From contig JAIXXL010000024.1 in NCBI GenBank assembly GCA_027490755.1, positions 20,227 through 84,226 of the forward strand: a stretch of 64,000 nt of DNA. Direction: 5' to 3'. Made by a program: the position numbers and the translations under genes. Shown here one piece after another: positions 1-14,677 of the stretch. Within the stretch, counting starts at the first letter, position 1. The number at the start of each line of letters is the position of its first letter. This stretch comes from Betaproteobacteria bacterium (GTDB lineage Bacteria; Pseudomonadota; Gammaproteobacteria; Burkholderiales; UBA3065). Below the pieces are notes generated by a model that was not told the origin of the DNA, did no database searches, and saw only the letters and a program-made list of their open reading frames with translations.

Positions 1-249
1 GAGATCCGCCGCCTGGAGCGCGATGGCGCCGACCTGGTCGGCATGACCGGCATGCCCGAGGCTGCGCTGGCGCGCGAGGCGGGGCTGGCCTACGCGATGC
101 TGGCGGTGGTGGCCAACGACGCCGCTGGCAAGGGCGACAGCGCCGCCGCGGTGGCGTTGGAGGGGGCGCAGGCGCGCTTTGACGCTGGCATGGCGAGTGC
201 CCGCGAGGTGTTGCTGGCTCTGCTGCGGGCCGAGGCGGGGGGCGCGTAG
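1..249 (+). CDS. Purine nucleoside / methylthio(inosine/adenosine) phosphorylase, C-terminal part (5' truncated by window)
   Basis: Frame open from base 1: [26 protein letters not shown]...YAMLAVVAN, typical MTAP/PNP C-terminal motif. Confidence 0.85.
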   Translation, partial: EIRRLERDGADLVGMTGMPEAALAREAGLAYAMLAVVANDAAGKGDSAAAVALEGAQARFDAGMASAREVLLALLRAEAGGA

Positions 250-782
250 TGGCGGTCCGTCCGGTTCTGCGCATGGGCGACCCGCGCCTGCTGCAGGTGT
301 CGGCGCCGGTCAGCGCCTTCGGCACTCCGGAACTGCGTGCTCTGGTGCAGGACATGCAGGACACCATGGCTGCCATGAACGGTGCTGGCATCGCCGCGCC
401 GCAGATCGGCGTGCAGCTGCAGGTGGTCATCTTTGGCGTGGGCGCCAACCCGCGCTACCCGGACGCAGACCAGGTGCCCTACACGGTGCTCTGCAACCCG
501 GCCATCACGCCTCTGGATGCGCAGGAGGAGGAGGGCTGGGAGGGCTGCCTGTCGGTGCCCGGCATGCGCGGAATCGTGCCGCGTCACGCCAACGTGCGCT
601 ACACCGGCTGCGACCTCGACGGCAACCCGATCGACCGTACCGTCAGCGGCTTCCACGCCCGTGTGGTGCAGCACGAGTGCGACCACCTGTGGGGCATCCT
701 CTACCCGATGCGCATCCGCGACATGAGCCGCTTCGGCTTCACCGAAGAGTTGTTCCCCGGCCAGAACATCCCTGACGACTAG
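249..782 (+). CDS. def: Peptide deformylase
   Basis: [15 protein letters not shown] and QHECDHLWG motifs. Confidence 0.96.
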   Translation: MAVRPVLRMGDPRLLQVSAPVSAFGTPELRALVQDMQDTMAAMNGAGIAAPQIGVQLQVVIFGVGANPRYPDADQVPYTVLCNPAITPLDAQEEEGWEGCLSVPGMRGIVPRHANVRYTGCDLDGNPIDRTVSGFHARVVQHECDHLWGILYPMRIRDMSRFGFTEELFPGQNIPDD

Positions 783-783
783 G

Positions 784-823
784 GAGCCGCTGCGGTGGCG
801 ATAGAGCTGCTGCGGTGGCCATC
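784..823. repeat. 20-bp imperfect tandem duplication in convergent intergenic gap
   Basis: gagccgctgcggtggcgata / gagctgctgcggtggccatc. Confidence 0.6.
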
Positions 824-841
824 CTCCCGACGCTCTTCGCC

Positions 842-1792
842 TTAGTGGATGCCAAGCCCACCTAAAGCCTTGGCCATCGCCGTGCCCGCTGCCGCACCGA
901 AGCGCTTGGCGAAACGCTCCGCCAGGTCCGGCGCCGGCGTGTAGTCCACCACCTCCTCGGCCTTGATCACATCGCGCGCGACGCTGCCGGCGCTGCCCAC
1001 CGCGTCGGCCAGGCCCAGCTCGATGGCCTGGTTGCCGGTCCACATCAGGCCGCCGAACAGCTTGCCGTTGTCCTTCAGACGATCGCCGCGGCCCTGCTTC
1101 ACGGCGCCGATGAACTGGGCGTGGATGTCGTCGAGCAGCTTGCGCGCGTGCGCCAACTCGTCCGGCTTGACCGGCGAGAAGGGGTCAAGAAAGGCCTTGT
1201 TCTCTCCGGCCGTGAGCAAGCGGCGCTCGACGCCCAGCCGCTCCATGCCGCCGGTAAAGCCGAAGCCATTCATGATCACGCCGATCGAGCCGACGATGCT
1301 GGACGGGTTCACGTGGATCTGGTCTGCCGCCGCGGCGATGTAGTACCCACCCGAGGCGCAGATGTCGCCAACCACCGCGTGCACCGGCGTGTCCTTGTGC
1401 ATGCTGCGTTGGCGGCGGATCTCGCGGTAGATCAGGTCGGACTGCACCGGGCTGCCGCCGGGGCTGTTGATCTGCAGCACGATGCCTTTTACGTGCGGGT
1501 TGTTGAAGGCGTCGCTCAGCGCCTCTGCCACATGATCGGCTGACACCTCGCCGCCGTCCTCGATCACACCCTCGATGCGCACCAGCGCGGTGTGCGGCCC
1601 GGTGGGGGTCATGCTGCCGCTGCCGTGGGACAGCACGGTGACCAGCGCGATGGCGGCGATCAGGCCGTAGACCACACGGAAGCCGATGCTCCAGCGTCGC
1701 GCGCTGCGGCGTTCCTCGAGCGACTCGCGCATCAGGTCGGCCAGTGCGTGGCTGTTGGCGTCGGTAGAGGGTGTGCTGTCGTTCTGGCTCAT
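842..1792 (-). CDS. sppA: S49 family signal peptide peptidase (SppA-like)
   Basis: N-terminal TM, INSPGGSPVQS, CASGGYYIA, GSIGV motifs; usual position downstream of rluC/HAD. Confidence 0.9.
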   Translation of the reverse strand: MSQNDSTPSTDANSHALADLMRESLEERRSARRWSIGFRVVYGLIAAIALVTVLSHGSGSMTPTGPHTALVRIEGVIEDGGEVSADHVAEALSDAFNNPHVKGIVLQINSPGGSPVQSDLIYREIRRQRSMHKDTPVHAVVGDICASGGYYIAAAADQIHVNPSSIVGSIGVIMNGFGFTGGMERLGVERRLLTAGENKAFLDPFSPVKPDELAHARKLLDDIHAQFIGAVKQGRGDRLKDNGKLFGGLMWTGNQAIELGLADAVGSAGSVARDVIKAEEVVDYTPAPDLAERFAKRFGAAAGTAMAKALGGLGIH

Positions 1793-1932
1793 GTTTGCGG
1801 GTTCCGGGTCGCGGTGGACGGGTATCGGAGTGCAAGCGCAGGAGCGAGTTCACTCTCTCGCATCACGCGCGTCATTCAGGCGTGACATCCAGGCGCGCCA
1901 AGGGGGCGTGCCAGTGCGCGGCGTAAAGCCCG

Positions 1933-2598
1933 TCAGGCCACCGGCCGCAGAAAGTCGGCCAGCTGCGCCCAGTCGTCGCAACACACCCGCGTCGCCGGCC
2001 CGTGCAGGGCCGTGACCGGGTGCGCGCCAAAGGTCACGCCAACAAAACCCGTGCCGGCCGATTCCGCCATCAGCCGGTCGTGGCTGGTGTCGCCGATCAT
2101 CAGGGTGCGATCGGGCGTGCAGCCGAACTCGTCCATCAGCTCCAGCAGCATGGCCGGGTGCGGCTTGGGGTGCGTCTCGTCGGCGCATCTGGAGCCGTGG
2201 AACAGCGGGCCGAGCCCGGTGGTGCCGAACTGCCGGTCCAGCCCGGCGCGGCTCTTGCCGGTGGCCACCGCCAGGCCTGCGCCGCAGCCCGACAGCCAGT
2301 GCAGCAGGTCGCGTGCGCCGGCGAAGGGCTGGATCTGCCCGTGCGCGTCACGGCTCAGGAACAGGCGCTTGTAGTGCTCCACCACGCCCTGCAGCACCGG
2401 CCGTGGCTGGCCGGGGAAGCAGTACGCCAGCGCGTCCTCCAGCCCCAGGCCGATCACGTGGCGGGCGTCTTCCAGCGCCGGCCTTGGCGCGCCGGCGGCG
2501 TCAGCGGCGTCCAGGATGCACTGCGCGATCATGCCGGCCGAGTCCACCACCGTGCCGTCCCAGTCGAAGACGATGAGGTCGAAGTGCGCGGCCGACAT
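1933..2598 (-). CDS. HAD-IA family hydrolase (phosphoglycolate phosphatase-like)
   Basis: FDWDGT motif I, VATGK, KPHP, MIGDTSHD. Confidence 0.9.
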   Translation of the reverse strand: MSAAHFDLIVFDWDGTVVDSAGMIAQCILDAADAAGAPRPALEDARHVIGLGLEDALAYCFPGQPRPVLQGVVEHYKRLFLSRDAHGQIQPFAGARDLLHWLSGCGAGLAVATGKSRAGLDRQFGTTGLGPLFHGSRCADETHPKPHPAMLLELMDEFGCTPDRTLMIGDTSHDRLMAESAGTGFVGVTFGAHPVTALHGPATRVCCDDWAQLADFLRPVA

Positions 2599-3707
2599 CA
2601 GGGCCCAGCCTTTGCTGCATCGAGCCGCTCGACGAATGCGGCCAGCGCCGGCGGCAGCGGCGCCTCCACCGTCATCGTCTCGCCGGTGGCGGGGTGGGTG
2701 AAGGTCATGCGCGCGGCGTGCAGGAACATGCGCTTGAGGCCCATGCGTGCCAGCTCATGGTTCCAGTCGTAGTCGCCGTACTTGTCGTCGCCGGCGATGG
2801 GGTGCCCGGTGTGGTGCAGGTGGACGCGGATCTGGTGGGTGCGGCCGGTCAGCAGCTCGCAGTCGAGCAGGCAGGCCTGTGGCCAGCGCCGCAGCAGCCG
2901 GAACACCGTCTCGCTGGCCTGGCCGTCCTTCGACACGCTCACCCGGCGCTCGCCCTCGGCGGTGACGTATTTCAGCAGCGGCGCCTTCACCGCGCGCTTG
3001 TCATCGCGCCACTTGCCGCCGACCAGCGCCAGGTAGTGCTTGTCGGTGGCGCCGTCGCGCAGCTCGTCGTGCAGGCGGCGCAGCGCCGAGCGCTTCTTGG
3101 CCAGCAGCAGCACGCCCGATGTCTCGCGGTCCAGCCGGTGCACCAGCTCGATGTCGCGCAGCTCGGGACGTGCCGCACGCACCTGCTCGATCAGGCCGTG
3201 GCTGATGCCGCTGCCGCCATGCACGGCCACGCCGGACGGTTTGTCGACGATCAACAGTTGTGCATCCTCGAACAGCACCGGGAAGTCGCGCGCCGGTGCC
3301 GGCGAGGCGTCGTCGCGCTGCGCCACCCGGATCGGCGGCACGCGCACCGTCTGCCCCGCCGCCAGCTTGTGCTCCGGCTTGACGCGGCCACCGTCGACGC
3401 GCACCTCGCCGCTGCGCACGATGCGGTAGATGTGGCTGCGCGGCACGCCCTTGAGCAGCCGCGCCAGGAAATTATCGATACGCTGGCCGTCGCTGCCCTC
3501 GTCGATCACCTGCAGGGTGACGGCGTCGTGTGCCGTTGCGGTGACGGGCGCGGGAGCAGGGGCGACAGGCGTGGGGGCGGCCGGACGCCGCGGCGGGCTC
3601 GAAGCGTTCCGCATCGCGCTTTTGCGCGGCGCGGCGCCAGTCCGTATACTCGGGGCTCCCGCCGGTTGGGTCCGGCGCGGACGATTTCCCTGGTTAATGT
3701 CGTTCAC
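2598..3707 (-). CDS. rluC: 23S rRNA pseudouridine synthase RluC (start approximate, GTG 3707)
   Basis: S4 domain GQRIDNFL, KPSGVAVHGGSG, HRLDRETSG catalytic motif, GRTHQIRVH; divergent from rne. Confidence 0.92.
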   Translation of the reverse strand: MNDINQGNRPRRTQPAGAPSIRTGAAPRKSAMRNASSPPRRPAAPTPVAPAPAPVTATAHDAVTLQVIDEGSDGQRIDNFLARLLKGVPRSHIYRIVRSGEVRVDGGRVKPEHKLAAGQTVRVPPIRVAQRDDASPAPARDFPVLFEDAQLLIVDKPSGVAVHGGSGISHGLIEQVRAARPELRDIELVHRLDRETSGVLLLAKKRSALRRLHDELRDGATDKHYLALVGGKWRDDKRAVKAPLLKYVTAEGERRVSVSKDGQASETVFRLLRRWPQACLLDCELLTGRTHQIRVHLHHTGHPIAGDDKYGDYDWNHELARMGLKRMFLHAARMTFTHPATGETMTVEAPLPPALAAFVERLDAAKAGP

Positions 3708-4095
3708 CAGCTGCACTTTGCAGACAAGCAACGAGTCTACCCAAGATTGCGTGCTCGAGACCGACAAGGTTTTCGGGCGGCGCGACGAGTCGGAACACAG
3801 GCGCACGTCGCGCTGCTTCGCCGGTCGGCGAGGGCTCCCGCAGTCCCCGACCCCCGTTGCAGTGTCGCCCGCGAGCATAGAGTCGGCCCCCTTTGGCCGC
3901 GCCCGGACTGCCCGTCCGCCGCTGTTCCCGCCACCGCGCCACCCCAGGCATTGAGTGTCGTTTTGACCAACAGGCAGACCCCCGGAACACCCCCGCCAGA
4001 CCGCCGCGCCACAGCGCCGGCCCGGTCGCGCGCGGCCACGTCCGTCCGCCCCTAGTCCAGACGCCGCACCCCGCTCGAGCGCGCGGGAGAGTCTC

Positions 4096-6828
4096 ATGAA
4101 GCGCATGTTGTTCAATGCGACGCAGGCCGAAGAGCTGCGCGTCGCCATCGTCGATGGTCAGAAGCTGATCGACCTCGACATCGAAACCGCCGGCCGCGAG
4201 CAGCGGAAGTCGAACATCTACAAGGCGAAAATCACGCGCGTCGAGCCCAGCCTCGAGGCCGCGTTCATCGACTACGGCACCGACCGCCACGGCTTCCTGC
4301 CGTTCAAGGAGATCACCAAGTCCGGCCTGGCCAACGACGCCGAGCCGGTCAAGGGCCGTCCGGCCGACTGGATCAAGGAAGGCCTCGAGCTGATCGTCCA
4401 GGTCGACAAGGACGAGCGTGGCAACAAGGGCGCGGCGCTGACCACCTACATCAGCCTGGCTGGCCGTTATCTGGTGCTGATGCCCAACAACCCGCGCGGC
4501 GGCGGCGTCAGCCGCCGTATCGAGGGCGAGGACCGCAACGAACTGCGTGACCTCATCGCCCAGCTCGAGATCCCCACCGGCATGAGCGTCATCGCCCGTA
4601 CCGCCGGCATCGGCCGCACGCTCGAAGAGCTGCAGTGGGACCTCAACTACCTGCTGCAACTGTGGCGTGCCATCGAGGGCGCCGCCGACAGCTCGCCGGC
4701 ACCGTTCCTGATCTATCAGGAGTCGAGCCTGGTCATCCGCGCCATCCGCGACTACTTCACCGCCGACATCGGCGAGATCCTGATCGACACGGCCGCCATC
4801 CACGAGCAGGCCGAGCAGTTCATGAGCCACGTGATGCCGGGCAACGTCAACCGGGTCAAGCTCTACAAGGACGACGTGCCGCTGTTCTCGCGCTTCCAGA
4901 TCGAGCACCAGATCGAGACCGCGTACTCGCGTCAGGTCAACCTGCCCTCGGGCGGGGCGATCGTCATCGACCACACCGAGGCGCTGGTCGCCATCGACGT
5001 CAACTCGGCCCGCTCCACGCGCGGCTCGGACATCGAGGAGACTGCCTTCCGCACCAACCTGGAGGCCGCCGACGAGGTGGCCCGCCAGCTGCGCCTGCGT
5101 GACCTTGGCGGCCTGGTGGTGATCGACTTCATCGACATGGAGTCGGCCAAGAACCAGCGCGAGGTCGAGAACCGCCTCAAGGATGCGCTGCACCTGGACC
5201 GTGCCCGCGTGCAGATGGGCAAGATCAGCCGCTTCGGCATGCTCGAACTGTCCCGCCAAAGACTGCGCCCGGCGCTGTCGGAAGGCAGCCACATCCCGTG
5301 CCCGCGTTGCCACGGCACCGGCTTTGTCCGCGACACCGAGTCGACCGCGCTGCACGTGCTGCGCATCCTCCAGGAGGAGTCGATGAAGGAGAACACGGCC
5401 GCCGTGCACGTTCAGGTGCCGGTCGACGTCGCCACCTTCCTGCTCAACGAGAAGCGCACCGAGATCTGGGGCATGGAGGCGCGACTCAAGGTCAACGTCA
5501 TCATCATCCCCAACGTGCACCTGGAGACGCCCAACTACGAGGTCAAGCGTCTGCGCCACGACGACCTGCGCGACGCCGACCAGACCATCGCCAGCTACCA
5601 GATGGCGGAGAAGCCCAAGGAAGAGGAAGAGTCGGCCAAGGGCAAGGACCGCGAGCAGGTGCGTCAGGAGGCTGCAGTCAAGGGCATCACCCCGGCGCAG
5701 CCCGCGCCGGTGGTGGTCGAGTCGGCGCCTGCGCCGGCACCGCTGCCGGTGGCCATGCCCGCCGCGTCTGGCGGGATCCTCAGCAAGCTGTTCGGTTGGC
5801 TGGCACCCAAGCCCGCCGCCCCGGCGCCGGCTCCGGCCGCACCCGCGGCCCGAAGCGAATCCACCCAGCGCGGCGAGCGTGACGGTGGCCGTGGCGGACG
5901 TGGTCGCGGCGAGCGCGGTGGTCGCGGCCGCGGTCGCGGTGAGGGCGGTCGCGCAGAGACTGCCGAAGGCCGTGAGGGTCGCGAGCAGCGCCCGGCCGAG
6001 GCCCGCGGCGAACGTGGCGAGCGCGGCGAAGGCCGCAACGGTCAGGGTCGTGGCGGCGAAGGCCGTGGCGAGGGCCGCGGTCGCGATGGCCGCCCGCCGC
6101 GCGAGGAGCGTCCGGCAGAGGCCCGCCCGCCGCGTGAGGAGCGCGTCGAGGCAGTGGCCGACCAGAATGGTGGCGAGGGCGCAGGCGAGGGCCGTTCGCG
6201 CCGTCGTCGTCGTCGTCGTGGCGGTGGTGGCGGCGGTGGTGGTGACCGCGAGGTCGCAGCACAGGCTGTCGAGAACCGCGTCGAGCAGCCGTTCGAGGAC
6301 GTCGCCGAGGACTTCGACGAGGAGGCCGCAGAGGTGGTCGGTCTCGACGAGATCGTCCCCGAGGTGAGTGTTGCCGAGCCCGCTCCGGCCGCCGAGGCGC
6401 CGACCACCACGTCGTCTGGCGCGCGCCAGCGTCGCCCGCGCCGCTCCGCTGCTGCAGAGGCGGCGACCGAGGCAGCTGCCGAACCGGCAGAGGCCGTCGA
6501 GGTGGAGACGCAGCCTGAACCGGCCGAGCCAGTCGCTGTGGCGCCGGCCGCTGCCGAGGCCGCCCCGGCTCAGGCAGCACCGGCTGCACCCGTCGAAGCT
6601 GCACCGGCCGAAGCCGCGCCGGCCCGCCGCCGCACGCGTGCGGCGCCCAAGGTCGAGATCCCGGTCGATCCCAACCTCGAGCAGGTCGAGACCTCCGCCG
6701 CCCCGGCACCGGCTCCGGCTGCAGAGGCTGCCGCGCCCAAGGCGCGCAAGCCCCGAGCCCGCCGCGCACCGGCCGGCAAGTCAGAGGAAGAGGTTCTCGA
6801 GCAGGTCGAGACCCGCAGCGGCGAGTAA
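4096..6828 (+). CDS. rne: Ribonuclease E
   Basis: [17 protein letters not shown] start, [12 protein letters not shown] Zn-link, amphipathic membrane-targeting segment [10 protein letters not shown], Arg/Pro/Ala-rich scaffold. Confidence 0.97.
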   Translation: MKRMLFNATQAEELRVAIVDGQKLIDLDIETAGREQRKSNIYKAKITRVEPSLEAAFIDYGTDRHGFLPFKEITKSGLANDAEPVKGRPADWIKEGLELIVQVDKDERGNKGAALTTYISLAGRYLVLMPNNPRGGGVSRRIEGEDRNELRDLIAQLEIPTGMSVIARTAGIGRTLEELQWDLNYLLQLWRAIEGAADSSPAPFLIYQESSLVIRAIRDYFTADIGEILIDTAAIHEQAEQFMSHVMPGNVNRVKLYKDDVPLFSRFQIEHQIETAYSRQVNLPSGGAIVIDHTEALVAIDVNSARSTRGSDIEETAFRTNLEAADEVARQLRLRDLGGLVVIDFIDMESAKNQREVENRLKDALHLDRARVQMGKISRFGMLELSRQRLRPALSEGSHIPCPRCHGTGFVRDTESTALHVLRILQEESMKENTAAVHVQVPVDVATFLLNEKRTEIWGMEARLKVNVIIIPNVHLETPNYEVKRLRHDDLRDADQTIASYQMAEKPKEEEESAKGKDREQVRQEAAVKGITPAQPAPVVVESAPAPAPLPVAMPAASGGILSKLFGWLAPKPAAPAPAPAAPAARSESTQRGERDGGRGGRGRGERGGRGRGRGEGGRAETAEGREGREQRPAEARGERGERGEGRNGQGRGGEGRGEGRGRDGRPPREERPAEARPPREERVEAVADQNGGEGAGEGRSRRRRRRRGGGGGGGGDREVAAQAVENRVEQPFEDVAEDFDEEAAEVVGLDEIVPEVSVAEPAPAAEAPTTTSSGARQRRPRRSAAAEAATEAAAEPAEAVEVETQPEPAEPVAVAPAAAEAAPAQAAPAAPVEAAPAEAAPARRRTRAAPKVEIPVDPNLEQVETSAAPAPAPAAEAAAPKARKPRARRAPAGKSEEEVLEQVETRSGE

Positions 6829-6831
6829 GCC

Positions 6832-7872
6832 ATGACGGCCGCGCCCAACCCTGCCGCGGACGCCCCGCCTTCGGGTGGGGCGGCGGCCGCGTCTGGCGGC
6901 TTCTGCCGCCTCGGCACGTTCGCTATCAGCCTGGCCTCGGGCGAGGATGCCCGAGCCTTCCTCAACGGCCAGTTCTCCAGCGACATCAAGACGCTGGCGG
7001 CCGGCCACTGGCAGTTGTCCAGCTACAGCACGCCCAAGGGCCGCGCGCTGGCCACCTTTGCGGTGGCGGCGCAGGCCGATGGGGGCAGTGACCGTTTCTG
7101 GCTGCTGACCCGCAGCGCGGTGGCCGAGGCCACCCTGAAGCGTCTCGGCATGTTCGTCATGCGCAGCAAGGTGCAGTGGTCGCACCAGTCCCATGCGGTT
7201 GTCGGCGTCTGCGGTGCGGCCGCCTCACCCGCCCTGGCCGCGCTGCTCGGCGCTGATCCACCGGCCGCAGGCGCGTGCGCGCAGGCGGCTTCGGGCTCGT
7301 CACTGGCGGATGCCATTGCCGATGCGCCTGCGCTGGTCGTCGGCCTGGGCGGCGACGCCTGGTGGCTGCTGCTGCCGCGCGATGCCGAAGCGGCGGTTGC
7401 CGAGGCCTTGCGCCGGAGTCTGCCGGAGTTGTCCGCCACGGCGTGGGACAGCATCGAGGTGGCGGCAGGCCGGCCCTGGGTCGAGGATGCGACGCGCGAG
7501 GCCTTCGTGCCGCAGATGCTCAACCTTGACCTGACCGGCGGCATCAGCTTCAAGAAGGGCTGCTACCCGGGGCAGGAGATCGTCGCCCGCACCCAGTATC
7601 TGGGCAAGGTCAAGCGGCGCATGCTGCGCTTCGCCGTGTGGCTGGCGGCGGGCGACACCCTGCCGGCGCCGGGCACCCCGGTGCATGCTGCCGGCAGTGC
7701 CGAACAGGCGCTCGGGCAGGTCGTCCTGGCCGCGCCGCTGGATACCTCCCGCGCGCAACTGCTGGCGGTGCTGCAGATGGACCTGGCCGAGGGCGCCGAC
7801 CTGCGCCTGGGCGGGGCCGATGGCGCGCCGCTGCAGATGCTCGATCTGCCTTATCCGCTGGAGCCGGCCTAG
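6832..7872 (+). CDS. ygfZ: Folate-binding Fe-S cluster repair protein YgfZ
   Basis: KGCYPGQE signature. Confidence 0.93.
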   Translation: MTAAPNPAADAPPSGGAAAASGGFCRLGTFAISLASGEDARAFLNGQFSSDIKTLAAGHWQLSSYSTPKGRALATFAVAAQADGGSDRFWLLTRSAVAEATLKRLGMFVMRSKVQWSHQSHAVVGVCGAAASPALAALLGADPPAAGACAQAASGSSLADAIADAPALVVGLGGDAWWLLLPRDAEAAVAEALRRSLPELSATAWDSIEVAAGRPWVEDATREAFVPQMLNLDLTGGISFKKGCYPGQEIVARTQYLGKVKRRMLRFAVWLAAGDTLPAPGTPVHAAGSAEQALGQVVLAAPLDTSRAQLLAVLQMDLAEGADLRLGGADGAPLQMLDLPYPLEPA

Positions 7873-7986
7873 CAATATCGGCCGTCTGGCGCAGCCGTCC
7901 CGGACTCGGTCATCTGGCCGAAGATGGGCGCCGGCCCCCATGCAATAATCCGCCGCGACTCACCGAAAAACACTCAGGAGACCCTC

Positions 7987-9001
<1,015 letters not shown>

Positions 9002-9015
<14 letters not shown>

Positions 9016-9598
9016 GCCGCCACGCGGGCCGCGCAAGCCCGCCAGCGTCATGCAGCGCGCCGTGCGCATGCTCGCAAGGCGCGACATGAGCCGCGCCGAG
9101 TTGGTCGCCCGGCTCGGCGCTGGCGAGCGCCGTGGCGGTCGTCAAGTCGAAGACGAGCCCGCAGACGCGCCAACCGACACCCCGCCCGACGGGGTCGCGG
9201 CCGATGCGCCGCCTACGCCCGCCAACCCGTCACCCGCCGACGTCGACGCCGCGCTGGAGCGCCTTGCCGCGCTCGGCCTGCAATCCGACAGCCGCTTCGC
9301 CGAGAATTATGTCCGTGGCCGCCAGTCGCGCACCGGCAGCCGCCGCCTGGCGGCGGAGTTGCGGCAGAAGGGGGTGGATGGCGACACCATCGGCGAGGCG
9401 CTGGCAGCCCTCGACCAGACCGACCTGCAGCGCGCGCGCGCACTCTGGTCACGCCGCTTTGAGGCCACCGGCGACCCGCGCGAGCGGGCGCGGCAGATGC
9501 GCTTTTTGGCTGCGCGCGGCTTTGACCTGAAGGTGATCCGCGCCGTGCTAGGCGGCGCGGTGGATGAAGACATGCCCGACGAGCCGGGCGAGCCCTAA
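9002..9598 (+). CDS. recX: Regulatory protein RecX (start approximate)
   Basis: [34 protein letters not shown]; directly after recA. Confidence 0.88.
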
Positions 9599-9638
9599 GA
9601 GCGGGCCGCACCCGGTTCAGGCCGCCCCCGAAGCTGCC

Positions 9639-10596
9639 CTAGAAGCCCAGGTCGAAGCAGCGACCGCCGATGCAGCGCATGCGCTGGATGCGAGCGATCT
9701 CTGCCTTGCGTGCGTCCTGTGCCTTGCGAGCAGCGTCGGCTTCGGCGTCGGCCTTCTTGCGGGCGTCTTCCTCGGCCTGCACCCGCGCCTGTTCCTCCGC
9801 GGCCAAGCGCGCGGCCTCGTCGGCGACAGCCTTCTCCTGCGCCGCCTTCTCGGCCTCCAGTCGCGCCGTGCGCACCGTCTCTGGCTCGCGAAGTGCCAGC
9901 ATCAGCTTGGCGCCGTTGGCGGCCGCCACCAGCGCAGCATCGGGGTCGAGCACGCGTGCCTTGCGGCCGCTGCCCAGCACGTACTGGTCCTCGCAGCGGG
10001 TCTCGCGTGCGTCACCGCGCGAGACCGGGCAGGGCACGTCGACACGCCTGGGCAGGCTGACAAAACGCTCGCACGAGGCCACCACCGTCTTCACTATGGT
10101 GTCGTCGGGGCTGCTGGCGCGTGCGCGCGGTGCCGGCGCACCGGCCGCCAGCACACGCCCGGTGCCGTATTCGACACACTCGCGCTGCCGCTGGGGCATA
10201 CCAGCGAGGTAATTGTCCCAGCGCTCGCGCACCAGCGCGTTGTTGGGCTGCACCTTGATGTCGTGGAAGTAGCGGCCGCTGCAGCCTGAGACCGACAGCG
10301 ACCCGTAGAAGCGGAAGCGCCCCTCCCAGACGATGGTCTGTGGGCCGTCGGTGCGCGGGGTGTAGCCGACCGTCGTCTCGAAGTGGGGCGGCGACAGTTC
10401 GCGTTCGATGCGGCTGCCGTCCGGCAGCTGGATCTCGACATTGCAGGCTTGGTTACCGTCTGCCGCCACGCTGATGCGCACGGGCGTCTGACGGCCCACC
10501 ACGAAGTCGGCAGCGGGCGCCAGCGAGGGCAGCAGTGCACCCAAGACCAGACATACTGCTGACAGGCGACCGCCCAGCAAGCGTCGCCGAATGGCC

Positions 10597-10616
<20 letters not shown>
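9639..10616 (-). CDS. Secreted Cys-rich hypothetical protein with C-terminal Ala/Glu/Lys coiled coil
   Basis: Signal-peptide-like LVLGALLPSLAPAA; eight Cys in mature part; ATG 10616 overlaps the end of the upstream kinase. Confidence 0.65.
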
Positions 10617-13440
<2,824 letters not shown>

Positions 13441-13639
13441 CGGGTTTCCCTGGCCAAGGGCCGGCGAGTCTGCGGTTGATGCCGTGAGTATTTAGCACGG
13501 CTGCAGATTGCATTAAACCCTTATGCGAATGAGGGTTTGCAAATTGCCGGGCGCGAGGGTCCGCTGGTGGGCCTGGTGCGTTGTCTTGCCAACGTAAAGC
13601 AAACGAGGCACCTTGCGTGCCCCGTGCCTACTGACTGTG

Positions 13640-13715
13640 TGGTGCCGGTGACCGGAATCGAACTGGTGACCTTCGCATTACGAATGCGCTGCTCTACCGA
13701 CTGAGCTACACCGGC
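13640..13715 (-). tRNA. tRNA-Thr (CGT)
   Basis: Reverse complement GCCGGTGTAGCTCAGTCGGTAGAGCAGCGCATTCGTAATGCGAAGGTCACCAGTTCGATTCCGGTCACCGGCACCA; anticodon loop TTCGTAA; CCA end. Confidence 0.97.
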
Positions 13716-13808
13716 GCGCGGCCGATTGTAACCCGTTGGCGGGCTCCCGCCAAAGTCTGACCCGCATGAAAGTCGCTGTTGGGTGGCCCGGAAGCCACCC
13801 GTCAACGA

Positions 13809-14240
13809 TCAGGCTGCGGCCGTCTCCGACTTGCGCACACGGAGCGTGAGATCGATGCGCTCGACACGGAAACCGTTGGCGATGCTCTCGAGCGGAAAGC
13901 CGTCGAGTACCTCCATCGGGATGTCGTGCAGCGTGTCGCTCTCCAGATCGTGCAGGTGCAGGTGCGGCTCGGTGTTCGGGTCGTACAGGGTCACGCCAGC
14001 CTGCGAGTTCACGGTCTGCAGCAGGCCGCGATCGACGAACAGGTTGAGCGTGTTGTAGACCGTGGCACGCGATACGCGCGGACGGTTCTGGTTGACGATG
14101 CTGAAGACCTGCTCCGCGGAAAGATGCTCACGCCGGGTCATGATCAACTCGGCGATGCGCAGTCGCGGGTAGGTGGTGTTGACGCCAAGGCCTCGCAGGA
14201 GGCTTGAGATAGCGTCCGGACTGATAAGAGGTCCATTCAT
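13809..14240 (-). CDS. Fur family transcriptional regulator (Irr/PerR-like)
   Basis: HLSAEQV, VSRATVYNTLNLF, YDPNTEPHLHLHD; no CXXC motifs. Confidence 0.88.
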   Translation of the reverse strand: MNGPLISPDAISSLLRGLGVNTTYPRLRIAELIMTRREHLSAEQVFSIVNQNRPRVSRATVYNTLNLFVDRGLLQTVNSQAGVTLYDPNTEPHLHLHDLESDTLHDIPMEVLDGFPLESIANGFRVERIDLTLRVRKSETAAA

Positions 14241-14380
14241 GGCCGGGTGTTCCTTTCATCACGGGTGTCATCCAAACAAGACAGTCGGGATGTAATGTGA
14301 TGTGGACATTAGGGGCTGAAAAGAATCCCATGTCAAGCCTCTGAAATCCTTTTTTTCTTCCGCGTCTAACAAGAATCTGT

Positions 14381-14677
14381 CTAGGGTTCTGCGCGCTGTC
14401 CAGAAGGTGCGCAGCGGGCTAGTGAACGCTCAAGTTTTCTCTCGAGGACGGCGGCCAGTTCGGCGGCCGTGACGTTGGCGAATCCGGCCGCCACCAGCGC
14501 GGTGATGACAACGTCGCAGGCCTCCTCGATCACCGCCTCGCGCGGCATCTGCCGCGTCCAGGTGCGGGCCAGCTCGCCGGTCTCCTCGGCCAGCTTGACG
14601 AGGTTGCGTTCCGGGCTGTTGCCGGGGATATCGTGGGCGATGCGGGTGGCCGCCTGCAGCAGTCGGTCGAGGTCCAT
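14381..14677 (-). CDS. Small MazG-like nucleotide pyrophosphohydrolase
   Basis: KLAEETGELA...EEACDVV (ExxE...ExxD) in 98 aa. Confidence 0.75.
   Translation of the reverse strand: MDLDRLLQAATRIAHDIPGNSPERNLVKLAEETGELARTWTRQMPREAVIEEACDVVITALVAAGFANVTAAELAAVLERKLERSLARCAPSGQRAEP

Noticed and set aside
1793-1932. Rieske ferredoxin gene often found between the HAD and sppA genes
   Set aside because: The gap is only 140 bp and has no CxH/CxxH remnants.
3694-5559. Long antisense ORFs (621 aa opposite rne; similar ones opposite recA, ftsK, ovoA, tgt)
   Set aside because: Shadow frames typical of high-GC coding DNA, with no recognisable motifs, opposite well-supported genes.
13500-13545. c-di-GMP-I riboswitch (GCAAACC on the minus strand)
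   Set aside because: Lacks the GNRA-capped P2 and the following GACGCAAAG consensus on that strand.
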